IMG/VR virus record: IMGVR_UViG_3300038393_000228
Span: 1 to 25,849 of that record
Reading direction: 5' to 3' (one strand)
Source: a virus
Taxonomy: Duplodnaviria > Caudoviricetes
DNA: 25,849 bases
In this document: piece by piece, positions 7,783 through 15,819 of the stretch
How the letters are laid out: each line of letters opens with the position of its first letter
How positions within the stretch are numbered: the first letter of the stretch is position 1
Translations under genes and position numbers: made by a program
Notes under the pieces: model-generated
The model's database searches: none
Told to the model about the DNA's origin: nothing
What the model saw: only the letters and a program-made list of their open reading frames with translations

Positions 7783-8237
7783 CAGTGTTTGCCTCTCATT
7801 GTACGCCCCTCCCGCCACGCTTCGGCGGTGTAAGTCGCAACAGCTTCAGCTTCATTCCGCCCGCGCAATCGCGGGATAAGGTATTCGTTCGCACCGACCG
7901 CGTTCCACATACGGCGCAATGTCCTGTTGTGTTCCGAATGCCTTGCGACAAGCATCTGACAGCCAGCCTGATCGAAGGCGTATGAGAACATCTCATTGAA
8001 CACGCGCCGCGTCAGCCACCGCTTTGATGTTGCTGCGCCTGATAGTTCGATCGTCTGGCATTCCGGGTTGTAATTATGGAAGATCATGCCTGCGATCAGG
8101 GTCTCGTCGTCTATCACGCCCATTGCGACGCAATTACCGAAACCACGATCACCGCCCTTGATATGCCGCGCGACAAAGCCAGCAATTGCATCCCTGATTT
8201 CATGAAGCGCATCGCCAGCCCATACCGTCTGCATCAC
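7782..8237 (-). CDS. GNAT-family acetyltransferase-like virion assembly protein
   Basis: 151 aa with RimJ/RimL-like pattern (IAGMIFHNY, IELSGAA, KRWLTRR, MFSYAFDQAGC, HSEHN, EYLIPRLRG). Located between nozzle and ejection genes as in many podoviruses. Confidence 0.8.
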   Translation of the reverse strand: MMQTVWAGDALHEIRDAIAGFVARHIKGGDRGFGNCVAMGVIDDETLIAGMIFHNYNPECQTIELSGAATSKRWLTRRVFNEMFSYAFDQAGCQMLVARHSEHNRTLRRMWNAVGANEYLIPRLRGRNEAEAVATYTAEAWREGRTMRGKH

Positions 8238-10144
8238 GTAACCAGATCGCCAGTCGTATAGGTCACATCCATTCGCAAGATCGTCGCATCAAGCGGGACG
8301 ATACTTCCAGACGTGAGTTGCAACGCAGGAGCCATCGCGTTGCCGGTGTTCGGTGTTGAATGCCAGTTGCTGTACGTCGCTTTCGTAAGCCCCTGCCCCC
8401 AAATAGCTGAGCCCCAGACACCGCCGCCCCAGACATTCGATGTTGGTGCGACAGAACCGACTGGCACGGACGGCAGATTAACATCGAACTCGACTTGCAT
8501 CGAAAGCTGCTCATTGAGCGGTGCGAACGATTGCATCACGGCCCGCGTCATGCCAGCCGTTTTCGTGGTCGGCGCACCGAAATCGCTAAACAGCGGAACA
8601 TAGATGCCGGTGTAAGGTTGGCCCATATCGGAGCCGGTCACATTGGCTTCAATCACCTGCGATGCAGTCGAGCCAAAGAACAGCCGGTTTTGAAACACCG
8701 CCATGCACTTACTATTCCAGCCCGTGAACTTGCCCCATGCGCCAGTGCGCAAATTGGCGACGTAAAGGACAGCCGGGAGATTATTGACGGTCGGCGGGTT
8801 AACGATGGCGATCTGGTTTGCGGACCAAATCTGGCAGCGCCAGTTCGCCCCAAACCTGGCCGAGACCTCGTTATTCCATATCGTTTCGATAGGAGCGGAG
8901 ACGGCAGAAGGCGACAGGACAGAGAAGTCTTTTTGCAGCGCAGTCGATAGCGGGATCAGCCCGATATCGGTTGACACAACGATATCACCGCCAGCGCGGA
9001 AATGAGCTTGTGGCCCAAGTGGCTTGCCGATGCGATAGACGCCGACCTTTGCCCATGTGTCAGCCGTGCTTGGGTCGGCACCTTGATAGACTGCGGCCTC
9101 CCCCTCGGTCGTGAAGAACGCGCAGTATTCCTGCAAGCCGCCCGCTCCTGTCTCCAATGACCATGACGAACCAAACAACAGAGAGCCGCCAAGGTTGAAC
9201 ACGCCGCCAAGCGGCAATTCCACAGCTGCGCCGCTGATCGAGGTGGCCGGCAGATACCACGCGCTCAGTGTGTCCTTCTGGATATAGAAAAGCCGTTGCT
9301 GATGCGTCCAGTTGTAGGACAACTTCGTGAGATCAACGCCGGTCATCGCGCCGAATAGCAATGTTGGCGTGCCATCCGATGTTGCTGACCCCGGCGTGCC
9401 GTTATCGTCTGTTATTGTCTCTGCGGTCTGAAACGTGCCGCTGACATTGTTAATCCAGAGCGTCCCGGTCGTACCGTTATCGATCACCTTGACGATCGTT
9501 CCGGTTGCAGATGACGTGCCTCCGGTCAGGGTTTTACCAACCGTAAATGGCGCGGTTTCTGCGGTATAGTTGAAGGCGTAAAGACTGGTTCCGGCGATGG
9601 GATAAAAGTTCGTGCCGTCATAAAGCAGCTTTGTATCAGCCCCGTTCACCATATCGAGGAACACGCCGCCCGACGTGGCGAACTGCACCGCAGACCAATC
9701 GCCGCTTGTCAGATCGCTAACGACAACCGCCGCCCGCATGATTGACGGGATGAATGCAACAGCATCGTCACCGCTGCCAGAGGCCACAAAGCGATTGCCG
9801 AGACCATCCGTGAAATAAACCTGAGTCGTCGCGGTCGAAACGTCATAGATGCCGCTCGCTGTCGCCGCGAACAGCTTCTCGTTGCTGCCGTTCTTGTATG
9901 TGAACAGCGAAACAACGTCCTCAACACCGTCAGAAATTACATGATAGAGTTGTGAGCCACGCCGCAACAGCGCGTCCGTTGCCCTCGGAATGAAGTTCTC
10001 AAGGATCAGTGCGCCGCCTGACGGAGGCTGCGCAGGATTGGCGTTGGCGATAATTCCGAGCGTCGGGGCCGGGATCGTGTACGGCTTATAGGTTGCTGGG
10101 ACTTGCGCGGTCTGCCTGACAGCCGCTCGGCCTGAGCGGATCAT
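8234..10144 (-). CDS. Tail nozzle / packaged-DNA stabilization protein (P22 gp10-like)
   Basis: 636 aa, beta-propeller-like composition (PAPTLG, ILENFIP, RRGS, FFTTEGEAAVYQG, GAWGKFTGW, WGGGVWGSAIWG). Directly downstream of the adaptor genes. Confidence 0.8.
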   Translation of the reverse strand: MIRSGRAAVRQTAQVPATYKPYTIPAPTLGIIANANPAQPPSGGALILENFIPRATDALLRRGSQLYHVISDGVEDVVSLFTYKNGSNEKLFAATASGIYDVSTATTQVYFTDGLGNRFVASGSGDDAVAFIPSIMRAAVVVSDLTSGDWSAVQFATSGGVFLDMVNGADTKLLYDGTNFYPIAGTSLYAFNYTAETAPFTVGKTLTGGTSSATGTIVKVIDNGTTGTLWINNVSGTFQTAETITDDNGTPGSATSDGTPTLLFGAMTGVDLTKLSYNWTHQQRLFYIQKDTLSAWYLPATSISGAAVELPLGGVFNLGGSLLFGSSWSLETGAGGLQEYCAFFTTEGEAAVYQGADPSTADTWAKVGVYRIGKPLGPQAHFRAGGDIVVSTDIGLIPLSTALQKDFSVLSPSAVSAPIETIWNNEVSARFGANWRCQIWSANQIAIVNPPTVNNLPAVLYVANLRTGAWGKFTGWNSKCMAVFQNRLFFGSTASQVIEANVTGSDMGQPYTGIYVPLFSDFGAPTTKTAGMTRAVMQSFAPLNEQLSMQVEFDVNLPSVPVGSVAPTSNVWGGGVWGSAIWGQGLTKATYSNWHSTPNTGNAMAPALQLTSGSIVPLDATILRMDVTYTTGDLVT

Positions 10145-10752
10145 GGCGAGCGCAGACCGTCATCAAACTTGGCGTAATCGGCAATCGAGGCCTCGTATTC
10201 CGCAAGATAATCCTGAAAGTCTTGCCCAAGCTGCCGACGCCAGCGCCAGATCGTGCCCTGCGTGACCAACCGTTCCGGGACTAACGGAACATCGCCATCG
10301 TTGGCCCATGTCGATCCACTTGGAGCCCATGCATTGCTTTGGTAGGTCACGGTCGCCGTCGCGGCATAGGCAAGATAGGGATAGAGCGCGATCGATCCGC
10401 CGATCAGACGCGCAAAGCGCGGTGTTCCTTCCGTTGGTGTCAGGCTATTCCATTCATCCGACGATAAGCCGGTGCGAATAGCCGCCCCCGCCGATGTCAT
10501 GACAGACAGTCCAGGGATCAACCGTAGGAAATTGCTCGGCAGGGCTATCGCGCTGGATGTCCCATCTCCCACCAGCGTCACAGTCTTGCGCAGCGCCGAC
10601 CAATCCGCACGCCGCGCCAGTTCGTCTCCGGTCTCTTGCGAGAATGTCGCAATCTTGATCGCGTTCTGATCGTTGACGTTAGCAAGCACAGACAGCGGAG
10701 CTTTGACGCCAACATTTGCCGCGACATTGGCTGCGATGGATAGCAGGCTCAT
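10141..10752 (-). CDS. Head-tail adaptor protein (second copy)
   Basis: Start reassigned to ATG 10752 (MSLLSIAANVA). Motifs GDELARRADWSALRK, ALPSNFLRL and PERLVTQGTIWRW; ATGA overlap with the nozzle gene. Confidence 0.72.
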   Translation of the reverse strand: MSLLSIAANVAANVGVKAPLSVLANVNDQNAIKIATFSQETGDELARRADWSALRKTVTLVGDGTSSAIALPSNFLRLIPGLSVMTSAGAAIRTGLSSDEWNSLTPTEGTPRFARLIGGSIALYPYLAYAATATVTYQSNAWAPSGSTWANDGDVPLVPERLVTQGTIWRWRRQLGQDFQDYLAEYEASIADYAKFDDGLRSP

Positions 10753-10754
10753 GG

Positions 10755-11267
10755 CTAATTTTCCCCAGCCCACTCGCCGAAAACTTCGATCGATGCTTTC
10801 CGGCGCGCGGCCGCCGCGTCATTCAATTCCTTGAACACTCCGAGATAGTGACACTTTCCATCAGCCTCTAATGAGGCTTGCCATTTTTGGCACGACTTAT
10901 TCCAAGTGATCCCTAGAACGCCGCTTGTATTGTTCCTCTGAACCCGCTTGTTCCTCGCGTTCTGTTTTGCGGTCGCGATGCGGAGATTAGCAATTCTATT
11001 GTCGGCACGATCACGATTAATATGATCGATTGGCATCTTTGGCTTTTCACCATTGACATATTGCCATGCGAGCAGATGACCCAAATATGTCCTGCAATCA
11101 ATATTGATACGCAAATACCCGGATTTGTGGATCGAGCCGGCGGTCCGGTGCGCAAACTGCCTATTCCAGTAGGCATCCCAGTTTGTGAGTTCTGCAATCG
11201 GCTTCCATGTAAAAACTCCCGTTTCCGGGGCGTAGACCAATCGATCACGAAGATATTTACTATCCAT
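10755..11267 (-). mobile_element. Free-standing HNH homing endonuclease with C-terminal AP2 DNA-binding domain
   Basis: Start ATG 11267 (MDSKYLRDRLVYAPETGVFTW). Motifs IDHINRDRADNRIANLR, QNARN and NTSGVLGITW...WQA...HYLGVF...AAAARR; visibly more AT-rich than its flanks. Confidence 0.92.
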
Positions 11268-11274
11268 CACATGC

Positions 11275-11865
11275 CTACGGTGTGCAGCCCTGCACGCGAA
11301 CCGTGGAGTTAGCCCATCGCGCCCGTTCGTCACCAACGCGCAATTCTGACATCGCGGCATCCAGCAACGTCTTGGTCGCTTGGGCTAGATCAACCTCCTT
11401 GAGGAATTTCGCAGCTTGCAGCCCGACCGCGTACAGATAGACCTCCGGATAATCAGCCAGCAGCCAGTTCGATGTCGTCGGCGATGCCGTCAGCGTCGCC
11501 AGCTTGGCGTAATACTGAATATCGCGGTTGCCGGTATAGCCGTTGATGTTGATGTTTGTCCCGTCAATTGAATAACGCGAATACATCGACCCAAGCCGGC
11601 GTTGGTCCGCAAGCTGCGTAGCTCGCATGGGGTTGTTGAAATCGTCAAACACAGTGATGATTTCGAGGAAATCAGCCGGCAAAGGTGCTGCGCCATCCGC
11701 AAACACCAACGTCGCATAAGTGACCTGCTGACGGCAGCGCAATTCCTTGTTGAGGTACGCTTCCGCCGTCTGCACGAGGCGCGGCATGACATCGGACAGG
11801 CCACGGTTGCCTACGTGATCGGCTACGGCGAGCCGCAGATCGAGATAATCAGCAAGCGCACTCAT
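11275..11865 (-). CDS. Head-tail adaptor protein
   Basis: 196 aa. Motifs DYLDLRLAVADH, AEAYLNKELR, LPADFLE and TSNWLLADYPEVYLY are typical of podovirus adaptor proteins. Confidence 0.78.
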   Translation of the reverse strand: MSALADYLDLRLAVADHVGNRGLSDVMPRLVQTAEAYLNKELRCRQQVTYATLVFADGAAPLPADFLEIITVFDDFNNPMRATQLADQRRLGSMYSRYSIDGTNININGYTGNRDIQYYAKLATLTASPTTSNWLLADYPEVYLYAVGLQAAKFLKEVDLAQATKTLLDAAMSELRVGDERARWANSTVRVQGCTP

Positions 11866-12275
11866 CGGCCGTTGCCCATAAGCAGCGCTGCCAACTCACT
11901 CACCTTCTTGGCTCGATCATCGAAAATGATTCGTCCACCTTGGCTTACTAGTTGATCCTGATCGTTCCAGGCTGGCGCATTGGCTGGAGCCCATTGGCTT
12001 TCGTTTGAAAACGTCTGGTGTATCGGCGTTTTCCAAAAATCAGGATAGTGCATCAGCCCATCGTTAGGATCGACAGCCGACATAGCTTTCGGGTTCTGCT
12101 GTTGCAGCCCTTGGTAAAACCCCCGCATGTCATAATCTTGTGGCGCGGTCGAATATGGATCAAATGGGACATGATTGTCTTGAACCCACTGGCGGAACGC
12201 AAACTCCTCTAACGGATTGAGAGTCGTGTTGTAGGTCGCTCCAGGCTGCCGGCCGGCCAGTATTGGGTTTGGCAT
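11862..12275 (-). CDS. Phage protein of unknown function (DYDMRGF...HYPDFWKTPIHQTFSNES motif)
   Basis: 137 aa, coupled on both sides (TGATG and ATGA overlaps). Motif-dense globular sequence. Confidence 0.8.
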   Translation of the reverse strand: MPNPILAGRQPGATYNTTLNPLEEFAFRQWVQDNHVPFDPYSTAPQDYDMRGFYQGLQQQNPKAMSAVDPNDGLMHYPDFWKTPIHQTFSNESQWAPANAPAWNDQDQLVSQGGRIIFDDRAKKVSELAALLMGNGR

Positions 12276-12604
12276 CAGACATTGCCCTCTTTGACGCGCC
12301 AGGCCCGGTTGTCGCTATCATTCAGCCAGCGCGACACATAGGCATCGTCGCCCTGCTTGTGCGCCTTCAACAGGCCAAGTTTTTCATCGTGCAGGACGTT
12401 CAACGGCACAGAAGCCACGCGATGCCAGTCGCCGGACCATGCCTTGCTGGCCGCGTTGCGAACGGCTTCATTCTCGGCCATCGTCGCGGCTACCGGATAA
12501 TCCGTCCGGAAATGCGTCTGGGCACCATCGAACATCACCCACACCGACCGGCCGGTCTGGTAATCGTATTCGTACAGTTCCCAATCGCCGTCCTTGATCG
12601 CCAT
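12275..12604 (-). CDS. Conserved hypothetical head-completion region protein
   Basis: Start reassigned to ATG 12604 (MAIKDGDWELYEYDYQTGRSVW...WHRVASVP...RWLNDSDNRAWR). The track's upstream extension overlaps other genes and a terminator. Confidence 0.78.
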   Translation of the reverse strand: MAIKDGDWELYEYDYQTGRSVWVMFDGAQTHFRTDYPVAATMAENEAVRNAASKAWSGDWHRVASVPLNVLHDEKLGLLKAHKQGDDAYVSRWLNDSDNRAWRVKEGNV

Positions 12605-12605
12605 G

Positions 12606-12800
12606 CTATTCGGGCCGCGTTTCGCCAGCCTGAACGCGACGGATCGCGCCCGAGGCAATGCCGTCAACAACCTTTTCATCGAGCGGGACTTTGAGCCAGG
12701 TCCCCTGCCGGATGCGCTGGGCGTTGCCCGGTTCACCGACCCAGATATCCCGCAAAATCTCGACTTCGATTTCCGGCACTTGCTGTTTTTCTGCTGCCAT
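12606..12800 (-). CDS. Small hypothetical virion-associated protein
   Basis: 64 aa (VEILRDIW...RIRQGT), GGAG RBS, fits exactly between the terminator and the next gene. Confidence 0.7.
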   Translation of the reverse strand: MAAEKQQVPEIEVEILRDIWVGEPGNAQRIRQGTWLKVPLDEKVVDGIASGAIRRVQAGETRPE

Positions 12801-12813
12801 GTTGGCTCCATAG

Positions 12814-12841
12814 AAAAAGGGGCCGCGCTAGGCAGCCCCTT
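12814..12841 (-). terminator. Intrinsic terminator after the capsid/decoration genes
   Basis: Minus strand reads AAGGGGCTGC-CTA-GCGCGGCCCCTT-TTTC: GC-rich stem with one G-U pair followed by a U-run. Confidence 0.82.
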
Positions 12842-12863
12842 CTTATTGATGATGTCGAACCGT

Positions 12864-13310
12864 TTACGAAACGGCGGCGCTGACAGAAGTGGCAAGCGTG
12901 CCAGAGCCGATCAGTGCTGCATTCACGCGCCATAGGTTAGCCGCCACGTCCTCACACTCGACATACGATCCGGCAATACCGCCAGTCGTGGTGCCGTTCA
13001 TGGTGATCGTGTCGTCAGTGCCGGTCAGGGCCTCTCCGAAATCGGCACCAGCCGCACCCGTCGCAAGGCTGGTCGTGATGTGACCAGCCATGGTGTCGGA
13101 CGCATTGGCAACCTGAACCTTGAAGCTGCCGGACGAGATCGTGGTCCCGACCAGAAGCCGGAAACGCGCACCAGAGCCGGAAGCAGCCGGGAGCGTCACG
13201 GTGCAGCCGGTCGCGGCGTTGACCACAACGAGACCCTCATTGTGGTGGGAGTAGTCCAGCGTCAGCGTTGCCGCAGTGACGACAGTGGGTTTAAGGGCGG
13301 TCATGCTCAT
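12864..13310 (-). CDS. Capsid decoration / minor head protein
   Basis: 148 aa, Ala/Thr/Gly-rich beta protein (TVTLPAASGSGARFR, DTITMNGTTTGG). Lies directly after the MCP with a GGAG RBS and upstream of the shared terminator. Confidence 0.62.
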   Translation of the reverse strand: MSMTALKPTVVTAATLTLDYSHHNEGLVVVNAATGCTVTLPAASGSGARFRLLVGTTISSGSFKVQVANASDTMAGHITTSLATGAAGADFGEALTGTDDTITMNGTTTGGIAGSYVECEDVAANLWRVNAALIGSGTLATSVSAAVS

Positions 13311-13321
13311 GTGCGTTCTCC

Positions 13322-14314
13322 TTAGCTCGCGGCCGTCAGGCCATAGAGGTCCGCAGCGACGCCGAGGCCCTTTTCATTGCTCACCTTGAGCGTGCCCTCC
13401 CCGATGATAACGCCAGCATCGGCGTCAGCATTGACGCGGACCTTCTTGTCCTCCTGGATTTTGCGCAGCCAGAGGAAGGACACCATGTCCGTATCGAGGA
13501 AGAACGCATTGCGCGCCACACTGGCAGAAGTCGCCATGACACGATTGGGCTTCACCATGATCTTGCCGAACGGACCCTCGTAGATGTCCGCGTTGGCGAT
13601 GATGGTGTTGTTGTTGCCGTTATCGACCGCATGCCGGAACGGCGCGACGTTGCTGTCAGACATGAACGTGACGAACACGCTCTTGACGTAGGGCGAGACA
13701 ACGACGGAGCGGAAGTTCGCGCCGGAGTTATAGCCCTGCTGCATCACGTCATCCATGATGGCCTTGGTGAAGGCGCGCTGCGAGCCGTTGGTGGCCGCAA
13801 CCGTCAGGCCAGTGCCAGAGTTGAAGCCGCCATTCGAGCCACCAGCATCGCGGCTGACGTTCGTGGTGATCCACGTCGGCAGACCACCAAACTCGCGAGT
13901 TGAGCCGCCGACCGATGCGTTGTTGGTCACAATCGCCAACTCGACATCCTTGCGGATTTCAACGCCCTTCTTGAGCTTCTGGTGCTTGCGCTTCTGCACC
14001 TTGCCGGCCTCGTCCACCACTTCCTGGGTGTTCGAGATGATCCAGTCCTTGCGCAGGATTTGGGTATAGTCGCCCATGCGCGAAGGCGGCGTGACGGTGC
14101 CGAAGTTGTACTCCTCGCCTTCAGGCCGGATGTTCTCGGCCGGCGCGGCAAGCTCTTCGGTTTCCCATTCAGGATGCGTCGAGACGCATTTCCCCTTTGG
14201 GATCATGGTGTAGATCGGGGTATCTTCCGGGGTGATGCGAGACACCACGTCCGAAAGCTCCTCCCGGTTGCCGACCGCAGAGGTCGAAATGAAGGTATTG
14301 GTAACAGCGGCCAT
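13322..14314 (-). CDS. Major capsid protein (DUF5309/SU10-like)
   Basis: 330 aa. Motifs GNREELSDVVSRITPEDTP, HPEWETEEL, YTQILRK, KKGVEIRKDVE and IIGEGTLKVSNEK; strong AGGAGG RBS and strongly biased codon use. Confidence 0.92.
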   Translation of the reverse strand: MAAVTNTFISTSAVGNREELSDVVSRITPEDTPIYTMIPKGKCVSTHPEWETEELAAPAENIRPEGEEYNFGTVTPPSRMGDYTQILRKDWIISNTQEVVDEAGKVQKRKHQKLKKGVEIRKDVELAIVTNNASVGGSTREFGGLPTWITTNVSRDAGGSNGGFNSGTGLTVAATNGSQRAFTKAIMDDVMQQGYNSGANFRSVVVSPYVKSVFVTFMSDSNVAPFRHAVDNGNNNTIIANADIYEGPFGKIMVKPNRVMATSASVARNAFFLDTDMVSFLWLRKIQEDKKVRVNADADAGVIIGEGTLKVSNEKGLGVAADLYGLTAAS

Positions 14315-14338
14315 TATGGCCTCCTATGAAGATGGGTT

Positions 14339-15292
14339 TCACTCAAAGTCGATTGCCATGGCGTCATGGATCGACCCGGTTTTTGCCAACCTTCTCATTG
14401 CGTCCTGATTTTTCCTGACCTGAGCCGGGGCCTGACGTTTCTGCTGGGCCATCGGCGGGACGTTGGCGACTTTCTGCGTCGCTTTCGCCTTCGCCTTCTC
14501 GGCATCCATGCCAAGCTTGGCGTAGTAGGCCAGCTTGAACAGGCGATGGTCAGTCACCCCTTCCAAATCCTTCTGCGAATAGCCGAGTTCGCCAGCGACG
14601 CGGGATACGTCGTCAAAGAACTTCTTTCGCGTTTCGGGCTTGGCGGTCTGCGGGAATGCTTCTGCGAGCTTGGCGTTTTCCGACTGCAACAGTTCGGCGC
14701 GCTGCTCTTCCGTAAGCTTGTTCACCGCCTCTTTCGGGGCTTGGGCCTGTTCGATAACAGACGCCACCTGGGCCATCATCGCGTCATGCATGGCCTTGTC
14801 GGCAACGTACTTGCCGGGATCGGTCATGGCTAGAGTGGGGTCAGGGGCAGGCGGTATCTGTTTAACCAGAAGGTCTGCAATGGCGTTCACGGAAGCCGTG
14901 ACGCGGGTTGACAATGCCTCAAGATCGCGCCGCTTGTTGCCAAGCTCTTGCGTCTTGCGGGTATAATCCGCCTGTCGCTGATAACCGGCTTTCAACTCGC
15001 TGAGCGGTAGCTTTTCGCCGTTAACAGTGACGACAACATCATCCTTGACCTCGGCAGGCTCTTCGCTCGCCTCGGTCTCGGTGTTGTCTGCGGACTCTTC
15101 GGCCTCTTGACCTGTGCCATCTTCACTGGCGGTCTCATCCGTCTCGCTGTCGGTTTCGGTCCCGCTCTGCTCAACTTCCTGGTTGGCCTGCTCTTCAGGC
15201 TCCTCGAAATTGAGGTTTTCGGGATTGTCGAGAGCGTCGGAGGGTTCAGCACTATCGTTCCCGGAATCCGGGTTGACGGTTGCCTCTATCAT
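14339..15292 (-). CDS. Capsid scaffolding protein
   Basis: 317 aa. Very acidic N-terminus, LSELKAGYQRQADYTRKTQEL motif, coiled coils, DHR motif and basic C-terminus; directly upstream of the MCP. Confidence 0.88.
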   Translation of the reverse strand: MIEATVNPDSGNDSAEPSDALDNPENLNFEEPEEQANQEVEQSGTETDSETDETASEDGTGQEAEESADNTETEASEEPAEVKDDVVVTVNGEKLPLSELKAGYQRQADYTRKTQELGNKRRDLEALSTRVTASVNAIADLLVKQIPPAPDPTLAMTDPGKYVADKAMHDAMMAQVASVIEQAQAPKEAVNKLTEEQRAELLQSENAKLAEAFPQTAKPETRKKFFDDVSRVAGELGYSQKDLEGVTDHRLFKLAYYAKLGMDAEKAKAKATQKVANVPPMAQQKRQAPAQVRKNQDAMRRLAKTGSIHDAMAIDFE

Positions 15293-15316
15293 GTTCAGTC
15301 CTTGGGTTTTGCCGAG

Positions 15317-15556
15317 CTATGCCGGCGCTTGCTTACGTCCTGTCGATTGGCCCTCTTTCGAGATGGCTTCGATCCTCGAACGCAAATTCCTGACAGAACG
15401 CGCCTCGGCTGCATGGGCCTGGCGTGCTTCGTGGTCGTCGTATTTCGCGAAGATGCAGGCATTGATTGCAGCCTGCTCCAATTCATCCATCAATTCGTTG
15501 AAAAGCGGGATCGCGAGGATGGCCTGCGCGGAATGGGCGCGTTCTTCGGCGGTCAC
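15317..15556 (-). CDS. Small helical protein of the portal-scaffold interval
   Basis: 79 aa (ERAHSAQAILAIPLFNELMDELE), GTGA-coupled to the upstream ORF, in a position commonly occupied by such a gene in podoviruses. Confidence 0.75.
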   Translation of the reverse strand: MTAEERAHSAQAILAIPLFNELMDELEQAAINACIFAKYDDHEARQAHAAEARSVRNLRSRIEAISKEGQSTGRKQAPA

Positions 15557-15819
15557 GCTGTGCTACCCATTTTGATGCGAATGCGCGGCTTGTGGTTTTG
15601 TAACTTACGCCAACCGCCATTAACGCCAAGCCCGTGCAAGATGGTATCAAAAATGCTGCCGTCATCGAACAAAACTGCCGCAGGGAACGGTCCCTTGCCA
15701 TCCGGGCAAGCGAACCACTCACCGCCTTCATGCTTGGTGTAAGCAATCGGGCGGCCAGGCCCACAAATAATCGTCACGGTGTCACCGTGAGGCGTCTCGC
15801 AAGAATAATATTCGCTCAT
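15553..15819 (-). CDS. Hypothetical protein
   Basis: 88 aa, coupled to the portal stop (ATGA) and to the next start. Confidence 0.65.
   Translation of the reverse strand: MSEYYSCETPHGDTVTIICGPGRPIAYTKHEGGEWFACPDGKGPFPAAVLFDDGSIFDTILHGLGVNGGWRKLQNHKPRIRIKMGSTA

Noticed and set aside
10755-11360. HNH as part of a group I intron splitting one gene; track start at 11360
   Set aside because: Both flanking genes appear complete and intergenic gaps are under 10 nt. The 11360 start lies inside the adaptor gene.
12605-12895. N-terminal extension of the 206-aa ORF 12275-12895
   Set aside because: It crosses the decoration gene end, a terminator and the 64-aa gene; ATG 12604 is the plausible start.
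13305-13335. Capsid-decoration fusion by readthrough or frameshift (T7 10B-like)
   Set aside because: TAA stop, an 11-nt out-of-frame gap with its own GGAG RBS, and no slippery sequence.
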